Made by a program: the position numbers and the translations under genes | Assembly (NCBI GenBank): GCA_900617105.1 | Contig: UYFQ01000827.1 | Location: forward strand, 1-49,455 | DNA length: 49,455 nt | Origin: Hydrurus foetidus | Taxonomy: Eukaryota | Direction: 5' to 3' | Part shown: positions 35,246-46,823 of the stretch, piece by piece | Numbering within the stretch: the first letter of the stretch is position 1 | Layout: the number at the start of each line of letters is the position of its first letter | Notes under the pieces: model-generated | What the model was told of the DNA's origin: nothing | The model's input: only the letters and a program-made list of their open reading frames with translations | The model's database searches: none

Positions 35246-38200
35246 AGATTCCTATCAATATGTTCTCCAACAAAGCACTGGAATGTGCTACGGCAGCAGG
35301 CATTTAGACTTACTAGGCATTTTCACCCGAGGTGGATGTCTTTGAACTGAAATATATGAACTTGATGTCAATTACTTCAGAAGCTGTGATTAAGAAATGC
35401 TGATGCACGCACCTCCCCTCAGTGGTGATAGTACGGCTAAGCGTGTAGTATGTAATCGCAGAAGGTTACAGTAGGATTAATGCTGTGTGCAGCAGAATAT
35501 GTTATCAAAGGAGTACCCCTCAGCTGATTTTCCGCAGTAGGTGCCATCATCTGGTGCTAGAATTGTTAGCCAGAGGTGCAGGTGTCAGGACTGTGTCATC
35601 ACGAATCGTGATCCCCGAATACGTCGCCATCATGCCTCTCCTTCTCCCTGGATTTTCCTCCTCACTGCAATCCTGATATTGGAGACTGAGGTCGCTCTGT
35701 CAATCAACGATCCTCTGCGCTGCCGTCACGCACACTGCGAGACCAGGACACTAGTAGCTCTTGTGTTACAGAACCATTCTATGCGGAATCGATCCTACCT
35801 TCGTTTTTTTCATGCAATCACCGCGCAGAACAAATCCCCCAAATTGGGCCAGAGTCGAATTCCGATCACCCTCTGAAGCCTTGACAGCCTCCAACGTGAC
35901 TGTCGCAATTTTTTCACATAAGACTCACCGCACTCGATCTGCTCCGCGACTTTATCGCAGATGTACCTGCTCTCCCAAATTTCTCCAAGATGATAGTCAA
36001 TCAAGCCGTCAAGATTATTCTAGGTCAGACCTCATTCCTCAGATATGGAAGCAATGGTTCACGGAGCCATATAAATTCTACACACGAGATGAAGTTGTTC
36101 GGGAGAGTTTACTGCCACTCCAAAACATTATTTGAACGCATTGCCTATCACCAGGCCTAACGCCTTCTGTCGTAAGGGACACCACGACGTTCCATAGTCT
36201 GTACTTTGAAGCCTCTATTTTTTTCTGGCATTTATCATTTCGAGACGCCACCAACTTGATCAAAACAAGCCCTTCTACACATTTAAAATGTGACGATCAC
36301 GTAGCCTTTTTGACTCACCGTATGTTACATTTATTTCCATTGCTGCACTCTATTCAATCATTAAATCGATCATTTATATTAGTATACTTCGTCCCAATCT
36401 GTGTATTTGATCAGAAGATCATGTAAATCGTCTTTCATTTCTTATACGCCAGTCCTATCGTAGTGCCTGAAACTCTTTCAAACTAATTTTTGTGACAAAA
36501 GATTTCCCTACATACAGTGTGAGCATTTCTCATAATCTTTAAAAAAAGTTTTTACACAATAATTTTGAGGTCATATCTATTTTGCTGGACCCTTTTCGTT
36601 GCTTCTCTCTGTCACCGTTTTTCTACTGAACAGTTTTTATTTTATTAGAGCATTTTTGCATACTCCGCAGGATTGCCTAATTCACATTTGGGAGTTCATG
36701 TGTAAGTCACCCCATCAAAAGGGGTCTACACGGTCAGAATACGTGTGAATATTTTAACTTCTGTGTGATGACATTGACTACCTCGAACCGTCAAAAATAT
36801 TACAACTAATTCAGCACTATGTCGACTTCAAGGTCCATCATCGCACTACCACTCTTCATATCACTGTTCAGGACATTTGCTCTGTGCAGAGAAGAAACGA
36901 CAGCATCGCTGACGCTACTTAAGTGTTTTGAGACTGGATATGGATGCGGTCACTGGATCGAATGCTCATTGTTCGTCAAGATAAATCCATTGTGCCGAAT
37001 GTCTAGTGGATCTCTATGATGATTTTATTTGTGTGCAGAAGTAACGGACTCATTTCTTCTCAAATTGAAGTATCAGATTACCGAGAGAAGAACGGAATGA
37101 AAATACGGAAAATTGTCGTTATTCATGCTACGCAATGGTATCTACGCAGTAGCGAAAAGTGGCTGATGTAAATTGTAGTTAGGAATGCAGATCAACCCAT
37201 TGATCTAAGTAGAGGTTAAGTTGCTGCGAGTATTGAAGTTGATCTAAGAACAAAGTTGTAGTGCCGTCAACGCAATAATTGCAATGTGTAGCTGTACTAA
37301 ATAAACTACAGAAGAAGAAAAAGTCGAACCAAAAAAATGTACACGAAAGGGATCAATATGACATAATGAGATTGTGTGAATTGTCAATAATAAAGCAGTA
37401 ATAAGTGGGGTGTAATAGGATGCAGTAGCACATTCCAGTGCTTTGTTGGAGAACATATTGATAGGAATCTTCAGGCAGTCTCCAAACTCAACAGCTCCTT
37501 GAACATAGAAAAGTCAAATGGTTTCGCCAACACTCCATCGGCTCCACTTCCAACGAAATAGTTCACGTCACTGTTCATGGCATTTCCAGTCACGCCGAAT
37601 ATTGGTCCGCGGTAACCTAAGCCGCGGATTTCCTTAGTGGCTGTAGGACCGTCCATGTTGGGCATCACGAAGTCCATCAATATGGCACGGTATTCCTCTC
37701 TCGATCCTGCCCAGTCAGACATTCTCCTTCTCACCATTTCTACCGCTATTAGTCCGTCACTGGCCTCTTCGCACGTGTATCCTGCGGCGCACAGCAACTT
37801 ACAAAGCAGTTTTCTGTTCAGACTCGAGTCGTCTACTACAAGTATGCTTAGTGAGGAGTTGATGGTGGGCGAAGCATAAGAAAAGCGATCCATATCCTCG
37901 ATCATCAGATGTCGCGCATATTTGGTGGAGAGATGCGGTAAAGCGACAGGCGACGTCGAGGTAGAACGATGAGAGGCGCTAATCGCGTGACGCTCCGATG
38001 TTTTAGTGGAAATCATGCACGGGCTTTTCTCATCGCTCACAACACTTCCCTCGAGATCATAAGAACCGTGCCGTATGTAGAGAGACTGACGGACCAGTGG
38101 GGGATGAGGCACCGACACCGATCGATGCATGTCGATCTCCACTGTGAATGAGCTACCTCTCCCTACACCCTCTGAGTGCACACTGATGGACCCTCCGTGC

Positions 38201-39573
38201 ATCTTGACGATGCTGCTGGTGATCCACAGACCGAGTCCGCTGCCTCCGCCTGCCTGCAGCACCTCAGGGTTGAACTGCACTATCTCCTTGAACAGTCGGA
38301 GCTGGTTCTCTTGAGAGATACCTGCACCTGTGTCGGTCACAACAATGCGCAGTCTACCGTTTGTCCTCAAGTCTTCTGCGCCATTCCCGCCGTCGCGATC
38401 TAGCCCATTCGCTGCGCCAATCGCCGCATCGTTGGACCATCCTCTGCGTCCGATTTCGATGTCCGCCTTCATTGCGGTATTCAATTTGGGGCTCGCGGTG
38501 GCACTCGCACCTCTAACGTAACCGTATGATGATGCATCCTCTTGACAAGGAGATTGAATCTCGTCCACTAGTACGCTCGGTCTGTGACATCGTTGATTCT
38601 CACCAGGGTCGGTGATATTCAGGTCACCTTTCGTCGATGATTGTACTCGGTTGCGACGAGAGCGACAGGCAAATATGGAAACACAGCATCTTACTGGACC
38701 GGTGAGAAATGACCACAATCGTGGTAAATTGAGAACTGAGTGAGTATCATCACTGACTGATACTGGATGCATAGATGCAGGTGGGCCTTGACATCCATCA
38801 TTAGGAACGAATGTCGCACACACAGTCACCGACCCGCCCCTGGGGGTGAACTTGAGAGCGTTGGATGTAAGGTTCCTCAGCACCTGGTCCATCTTGAACT
38901 TGTCCATGTGCACGAAGTCATCATCGAGCAGGCCCGTCGCAGTGCATGGTGTCGTTGACACTGTAGGTGTAGAGAGATCGACGCCTAGACGGACTGGTGC
39001 GCTGGTTACACATGTGATAGTGACTCCTGCGTCCCTCGCCTGGGAGGCAAACATATTCACGCAGTCGTCGATGAAGGGAATCAGAGTCACATCGTGTTTG
39101 TGCAGTTCTAATATGCCGCTCTCCAGCTTGTCGAAGCACAACAGATCGTTGAGGATTTCCACACTAGTGTGGCAGGCTGACTGTACGTCCAGCAGAGTTT
39201 CGAGATTCTCGGAGTTTTCGTAGAGAGCACTGGTCTTCAAGTCATCACATACAATCTTGAGGCCTGTGGTAGTCAAAGATAGAGTATACTATGTCATTTG
39301 AGGAAAAGGTTGACATCTGGTCTCATCGATAGGATTCCAATAAACGTAAGACTTGATCACCTAGGAAAGCCGTGTTGAGAGGAGTTCTGAGTTCGTGAGA
39401 GATGTACCGCACATACGTTTTCTTGGATTCGATCAGGGCGTACTAGGAATAGCCGTGAGGTGAAATCCAATCAGGGAATCAGATCAACGTGATGTGGTCA
39501 TGATCATGTAAATGAGCAATGATCATCTACATGAAGGTGTCGAGTTGACTTACCAGTCCCTGGATGATCTCAT
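33143..39573. repeat. Long inverted repeat: arms 33143-35291 and 37425-39573 (2149 bp each), ~2.1-kb unique spacer
   Basis: Arms are nearly identical, including both introns and ~46 nt of 3' UTR. Confidence 0.96.
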
Positions 39574-40486
39574 GTTTCATGACCCTGTCGGAGATTATTA
39601 TAATGAGAAACAGATATAGAGTTATCACTAGATTGTAAGAGAAGACGCTATCAAAACTCCGTGGGTCCCAATCTGGATACACCCAGAATATCATCGTTAA
39701 AATCAGATAAGACGCCGAGGTCGCGACAATGTACAGCGAGGGATAAAAATAATAGCCGTCGTGGCTGGAATCCCTATCTGTACAAATATTCTCGTCGCGA
39801 AGTCTGTAGCCATTTCTGATAGTCCGAAGCAATACAGGGGTGATGGAAAGGAACCATCTGAATGTATTGGCAAAAAAAATGAGAGCGGCAATAAAATAAG
39901 CGGCGCCACTCATCATTTTAATTGCCCTATTTCCATAGAGCGGAGAAATATTGTCGTGAAGAGAAGCCACGATATTGGACGAAATATTTAGGAGCAATAT
40001 TGCAGTGCTCGACCGAACGGACCAAAACTTTGCGTCATGGCGGCAGAATGACAAGTTAATCGCACCCGCCGTCAGAATCGATCTGCATCTTCTTGCACAG
40101 TGAAATATGTTCATCAGGTTTGGAGTATCAGACGGCAGGAATGCCGTTATGTGACAGGAGAGAATCGCAAAGATTAATAGAAATAATTCTGTTGAGCTTA
40201 GAAGTGCTTTTCTCATATGGTCCGCAACTTTTCTTGATTTACGATTCGCCGAAAATGCGTTTGCCGTCTTTATGATAATCTCCATCAAAATTGGGGCTGA
40301 GAGGGCGAAGGCAGCAGCGGCAAGATCTCTATTATTCCGGGAAGATAAGTTTGATCGGAGAGGAGAATGTTGGTAATCCACCAGCGACCCGAACATGAGA
40401 ACAGAAAAGCAACTGATCGCACAAATGAATATGAGAGGGCCAACGAGGAGAGCAGCAGATGGGAGAGATCTCCTCGGACTATCCAT
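37471..40486 (-). CDS. Membrane hybrid histidine kinase, copy 2; exons 40486-39554, 39442-39361, 39263-37471
   Basis: Same motifs and intron positions as copy 1. Confidence 0.95.
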
Positions 40487-41100
40487 CGTGAGGAATCTCT
40501 GATCGTGACAATGCGACCCCGCTCGCTGCCACTATGAAAAAGAATCAAGAGTCTGAGAGAGGCTAGAGGCAACCCGGCCACCCCAAAGCACTTAGGCCGT
40601 TTGTTACCTAACAGCGAACCTATACCTTTTGGGGTACGACATTTGTCGAAATAACGGTATAATATGCTGTGCATAATGGTAATTTCGTACCGAGACCGTA
40701 AACGAGGCGATTTTTTCGTACCGAGGAAGCGTTTTTCGTAATGACATGAAACGCACGAGGGGCGCGCGGCAGGCTTGAGTAAACAGTGAATGTGGGTCAC
40801 ATTTAAGTGTCACTTAGTGACATTTAAGTGAACGCATTAAATGAATGCTCAACGATTTGGATGATGACACACTTAACACTTAAGTGAATTTAAATGTCAT
40901 TTATAAGTGTTTCTGGATGACATTTAAATGTGACATTTAAATGCAACAATATTGAAGGACATTTAAATATTTCAATTAAATGTACATGCACTTAAGTGTG
41001 ATCGGTGCACTCAACTCCTGATCTAATGGCCTCCTACAGTCAAAATGGAGTCACATTCAAGTGACACTTAACCGCATTACCTGTCTCATACAGCAGAAGG

Positions 41101-42925
41101 ATGTCCTTCGGCAAGGAAATTGCTTTGTTCTTCTTCACCAAAGGCCCTGACATCCCATTCGGAGGAAAGATAAAGAATCATTTCTCGTGCTATTGCGAAG
41201 CCATCACGAACAGATTATGCACCAGTCCGAACCGATCGTTCTCAATAATCTGCGCTAATGGGTACTCGAATTTGAAGTCCCATTTACTCTTGTGATTCCG
41301 AACTACCAGATGATCTACGACAATCGGGAAAACGTTGTTGCGAACATGCTAAATTTTGTTAAGGTCGACAAGAAGACGAATAACATATTCAAATGGTGCG
41401 AGCTAGTGGTGTCGGAGAACCTCTGCTTTTCGTACGTGGAGAAGAAATTAGTCCGTGAAAACTCCTGCAGGGAACCGATAAGTCGTGGTACGCTAATGAA
41501 ATATCTCGACAGCCTGGCTTTCGAAGTCCAGCTAGTGTTAGCCAATCTCCTCCCAGAAAGATTCGGTTTAATCTTTGATGGGTGGGATGACGGATCATCG
41601 AACAACTATTTTGGGGTTTTCGTGATATGGTGGGATGTAAAACTTGCTTCAAATCAAGTCTACTTGCTGCGTCTGTGTCCTCTTGTACGCGCGGCTGATT
41701 TTGGAGCCGCAAGCCACCTCGAATCGATAGAGAAATTTCTGCATGACGTTGGGAAAACGCTTGCAAATGTTGGTTGTTTTATGGGCGACAACTGTCGGAC
41801 AAATATTGCTCTCGCTAACAGAGCCGAGAAGCCGTTTATTGGGTGTCATTCACACCGGTCAAATCTAGCCGTCAAGTTATACATAGTGCTTTATCAGCAC
41901 CTCTTGATGAAGGTATCAAATTTTATCCTAAACTATCTTATAAATGATGACATCTTTTCTATTCTCCGCTCTCACTTGTCTTATCCTGTCTCATCTACAG
42001 ATCAATTCTCTTATGATATAGCTGATGACGAAGAAGAATGCCGGATATCTCAAAGAGGGAGGATGCGATCACAGGCCGATCAAACTATTTGTAGTAAAAT
42101 GGTCAGGAATTTTCATGATGTTGCAACGATATATACTGATGAGGCCATTCCTCAATGTTGGTGTATGGGTGCATATGATTCCCGTTCTAACTCTCCTTCC
42201 AAGTCCCGTTGAGCACGTACAAATTCTCGAGATTTTCGAAGATCTAAGGAAATTTGAGGAGCTCTCAAAGATGCTTCAGAAGGACAATGGTTCACTGGCA
42301 GATGCCAGGAGCGGGTGCGACTGGCTCCGCGAAAAGTATCCGGTAACAGACCCGAAACTTGGACCCGATTTTTGCGATATTCTCCATCGAGACTTCGAGA
42401 GTGCTGCGACGAAGGTCCAGGGCAACAAGGAGGCTCAGCTGACTCAAGATGAAATAGTTGCTCTCGAAACTTTTCGTTGAGGAGGTCGATGAGGCGGATG
42501 AGAGCCTCCAGGGTGCACTGAAGAGAGCTCGCGTAGCACCAATCGCTGCAGTCTCTAACTACATTTGTCTCCTTTTTATCCTAGCATCAACTAATATTGT
42601 GGAGAGGCTATTCTCGATGACCCGGAAGATATGGACTGAAGACCGGAAATGAATGACGCCAGCATCATTGGAAATGATGATGTTTTTGAAGATCAACATG
42701 AAGTTGTGGGACTCCAAACTTGTCTACAAGATAAGACATGACCCTCGCCCCAGAGGATTACCAAATCAAGACGTGGTGGCATTTGACCTGGACGGATTAG
42801 TAGCACACTTAGACGAACCGGAAGCAGAGAACTATGTACCTGTGTTCTTCGACGTTAATGAGGATCGGTTGGATTTCTGGGACGATGAAATATCGCCGAC
42901 ATGCTCGGTCCCCTCAATTTACTAG
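41101..42925 (+). pseudogene. hAT transposase, inactivated (frameshifts at ~41292 and ~42478, stops at ~42019 and 42650, intron 41913-42000)
   Basis: GYSNLKSHL, LIFDGW (D), MGDNC (D), GCHSH (CxxH), KWSG, STNIVERLFS (E), MTPASLEMMMFLK.N dimerisation segment. Confidence 0.92.
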
Positions 42926-43390
42926 AGGAGCTCTAGGACAATTTTGCTTTTGTATAACAATCTAATATATCAATTAATAATCATTTCTGTCAACAAAAAC
43001 CTTATGTTCTCTTTGTTGAGGTATGATATTATCCCGTACAGCTCTCAGCTGGAAGCTTTGGAGGCAGAAACTCTACTTACTAGACCATACTGTATGACTC
43101 CGTACTATGCATTATATCAGACCCCCTTCTGCTGGTTCCATGATTCAATCCCGGGACTTTTTTGTTTTCTTCTGTATTGATACCAGAGGGGTGTAGTCCG
43201 CATAACCCCATGACGCACCGGTGCAAGGGAGGAGTGAACCCACTTCTGTTGTGAAAGATGGGTGCAGGCAGCTGCTGACCCGACCACTCGGGCAACAACT
43301 GTTTCCGACATTTTGTGGAAATAACGACAGTAAAGCCTTGCTTAATCGCTGGAAAAACTATAAATGTGACATTTGAAATGTGACATTTAA

Positions 43391-46136
43391 TGTCTACACT
43401 CCAGCTGTTTGTCCGACCGGTGGACATGGGCACTGTCCGACCGGTAGGACAATATAATTTGGGTGCCTTCTAAGGCGTTTTTTCATCAGAAACTATTGAA
43501 TCTTATTGTTTAGAGTTAATTACACGTCATCTTTCTCACAATGTGTTGAGTAGCAAGTTGATCCTCGTTTATGAAAAGGGTTGCACACACAAACATACTT
43601 TATTGGGTGTACTAGGCTACTGCATTGTTCACAATAGTAGGCAGTTTTGAGTCCGCAATCTTTGATATGACATCTCCTCACAGCCCGCTTATTTTTGTTT
43701 CCAGGATTCTTGAGATTCTCGTAATGTGCACTTTGACTCAGTGGTCTCAGGTTGTGAGCTTGATGGGGACGATCATCATCATCACTTGATGAGTCATCAC
43801 CCCCCCGCCTTCTTCTCAGATTTCTCACTTCATCATGAGAATGTATCAGCTGATATGCGAGACGATATAGAAACTTCTTGTATGTAAGCATGGAACCCTC
43901 GTCGTCATTGTTGCGGTTGTTGTATTCCAGCCGGTAACCAAAGTATGCGTCTGTACATATCATTCCGAACATTGTCATGAAGAGTCTGTGCCACCACGTT
44001 TTGGTGCTCCAGCTTCTCTCGAATGCAAGCGAGCCTTGCCTGTAATGGTCATGAACATCAATATTCGAGAAGCACGAGTAGAACATCTCGATCGCCTGAG
44101 GACGCGGAATCTCAAGCGTGTACCTGTCATTCTCATGACCATACTCCATCTCGACAATTCTTCGTCTATGGCGCGTGGACGGATTCCCTTGTACGGCAGT
44201 GAGACCTCTCGTACAAACGATTTGTTTCACGGTCAAATCCTTCCAAGCAACAGCAAATATAGGCATCACTGTGACATTGTCCTCCAATAGAATAGTAGAC
44301 TTCAGTGTCTTGTGGCTTCCCCTTGCTACGTTGTCTGGTTGCGCCCACAAGTTTAGGAACCCCTTTGGAAACTTCTTCGTAGCTGTCTTGACACACCCCA
44401 TAAAATACAGTCCGCGAGAAGCTAGTGCGGCAGCACATGATACGCTGCCGAAGGCACTATCAGCGTGGACAGTGATGCCAGTACCGAAGTACTTCTTCGT
44501 GATCCGTAGGGTAAGAGCGATAGATGATGGATACGCGTCACTGAATTCTTTAGCTGCTTGGGCATCCTTTCCTTCCATTACTTCCAAATGAAGAAGGATT
44601 CCTGACTCGCCGTCGCACAAGCTCTTGATCTCCGCTCCAACACCCTCAGGTTTCCTGATAATCTTGGTCTTGTGTGGTAAGACAAAGATACACTCGAACG
44701 ATTCGAAGCCTCTCCACGCGCTCATGCATTCGTCAATTACCATGTTTCCCGAAGCATAGATATTCTTTTCTCTGGTTCTGTTGAATGCGTCGATGAATGG
44801 ACGGATAGGGGTCCAAGGGTCCTGATAGAAAAAGAGTTGTGTTATGTGGTGGAGTAAAGTAGGGGAAGTTTGAATAAGCTTTACTACCTCACTGATGACG
44901 CCTTCATCGTAATCTGCAAAACGCATACAACGAGACAGTGCTTGAAACCGATGACGCGACATACCGAAGCGACCGTAATTAGGTGGAACAAATGTTGATC
45001 CCTCCTCTTGATCCGTCATCCAGAAATCTACTATCGGACACCCTATCTTGTCAAGCGTCATGTTCAGCCGTATCCCAAAATATTGCAACATTTCTTGCGA
45101 TGTTGTGGTCGACTTATTGAAACGTCCAAGCTGCTCGTTGGTGTGAGTCAGCAATGTTTGCATCACTGACATGGGAAACATTAGTTTGAAGTACTCCAAC
45201 TCCTTCTTCGCGACTCCATCATATAGCTGGTTCAATTGCCCCGGCCAAAGTAACCTCGTGCGCCGATTTGACATTCCAACGTCAATGGTCACTTCCCCTT
45301 CATCCTTCCACACTTGTCCATGAGGTCTCAGAAGAGGATTTATCGGTGGTACAACGGGAGCTTCAGCTTGGTATGGTGCGTCAGGCATGTTTTCTTCCCT
45401 AAAAAAATCGTTTTCCCCACCAAAATTTGCACCGCCGGGCCCATCAGGGATTGCATTCTGTTCCACTGTCCTGTCGCTTTCCAAGGATATGCTGTTTGTT
45501 GCAGGACGATCATCAGGTGGATCAAATTTGCAAAAAAATTGATTTCACAATTATCGCCAAAAATTTGAGCACCTGCTGTCTTGACTGCCAGTATTCACGC
45601 TGCCAGCATCGTCATCCCCATCAACCTCGGGGTTATATTCCCAATTGTCGACAGCACGAGGGGCCGCAATCGGAACTGCTCGAAATGCTGCCTGCTCCAA
45701 GTTTGGACCTCTGACGACAACTGGGGCACCCCATAATTTTAGCGCTTGCGCTGCGTGTAGAATTTCTCTGCCATTTGTCCACCGAACTTTATACAACTTT
45801 TTCTTCCCCTCTTGGATGATATCAATGATGATACCATCCCATCCTTGATACCTCTTAGCGATGCCTTCGACTCTAGAATCGAGTTTGAGGCCTTTCATCT
45901 CTTATCGCCAAAGTGCTGCAAAGTGCCTACTTGACCAGCTAGCTTCTACGATATCTCAGGCAATTCGTGTCCGTTTGGAGACCTGAAGTTATGCCTTTGA
46001 TCAGCACATCATAAGCTGCTGAATTCACTGAGATATTGCATCGAACTCATCAAATTGAGAGATATTTCATATGGGTCAAAATTGTCCTACCGGTCGGACA
46101 AACGTCCTACCGGGTGGACGGCCTGGAGGATAGACA
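43391..46136 (-). mobile_element. piggyBac-superfamily transposon
   Basis: TTAA TSD at 43387-43390 and 46137-46140; TIRs TGTCTACACTCCAG / CTGGAGGATAGACA; subterminal TGTCCGACCGGT(A)GGACA repeats at both ends. Confidence 0.95.
43520..45898 (-). CDS. piggyBac transposase, apparently intact; exons 45898-45573, 45491-44888, 44821-43520
   Basis: MSRHRF, VIDECM (D), KPEGVG, ADSAFGS (D), IDVHDH (D), WWHRLF, C-terminal Cys-rich domain; both GT-AG introns are frame-consistent. Confidence 0.92.
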
Positions 46137-46396
46137 TTAAATGCTATATTTAAATATCACATTTCCAATATCACATTTAAGTTGGACATTTAAATGTTTT
46201 AAATGTCACATTTAAATGTGACATTAAGTATTAAGTGTACTCTAACTGATAAGTGAAGTGTATAAATGAGTGTTCTCAAATATTTGCTCCCACTTAAATG
46301 TACAATAACTGTTTACTCAAGCCTGGCGCGCGGAGCGCAACGCGAGGGTGTTTCATGGGTACGAAAAACGCTTCCTCGGTACGAAAAAATTTGCCG

Positions 46397-46613
46397 TGTG
46401 GCCTCACTAGGATCTGGGCACTGGGAGCAGGACAGCTGGGAGCGGGAGCAAGGGAAAGGAAGCTGGGAGAGCTCTTGCTATGGAAACAATGTGGTTAGCT
46501 TACAGATAAACACAGCAGGTATCATGGCAATGAATCGGGTGGATCGGATCGTCCTCGATCCGATCCGAACGTACGCCTGTACCCGTACAGCCCGTACGGG
46601 TGTGCGGGTCACA
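46397..46613 (-). repeat. 3' LTR of the Gypsy element (217 bp), preceded by a polypurine tract at 46617-46629
   Basis: Ends TGTGACC..GGCCACA on the minus strand; AGAGAGAGAGGGG tract just upstream. Confidence 0.85.
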
Positions 46614-46823
46614 GTGCCCCTCTCTCTCTAAAGGGGTGTACTAAATGACAAAATTCATCATCAAAATACTAACTATGAATAACTAACTAACTTATTGAAT
46701 AACTATTTCAGACTAAGAACTGAAAGTTCCTTACTGAATAAATCTCCTTAAAATCCCTGAGAATCCAATTTAAGAGGAATCTTTATGATTTAGTTAATCA
46801 ATTTTTTGTTTTATTTTTACCGA

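Larger units (their letters stand above)
40770..46325 (+). mobile_element. hAT DNA transposon, interrupted by piggyBac
   Basis: Perfect 18-bp TIRs CAGGCTTGAGTAAACAGT / ACTGTTTACTCAAGCCTG; 8-bp TSD GCGCGCGG (40762-40769, 46326-46333); many subterminal ACATTTAA(A/G)TG repeats at both ends. Confidence 0.97.
40706..46396. repeat. Small palindromic element split by the hAT insertion (arms ~40706-40769 and 46326-46396)
   Basis: Perfect 31-bp inverted match 40710-40740 vs 46360-46390, plus CATGAAAC/GTTTCATG further inside. Confidence 0.85.

Noticed and set aside
35292..37424. Genes in the spacer between the HK copies
   Set aside because: Only short ORFs with no recognisable motifs or convincing splice structure.
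43179..43312. Hammerhead/twister/HDV ribozyme or Fanzor omega-RNA
   Set aside because: Core motifs could not be matched by eye, and no TnpB/Fanzor ORF is present in the window.
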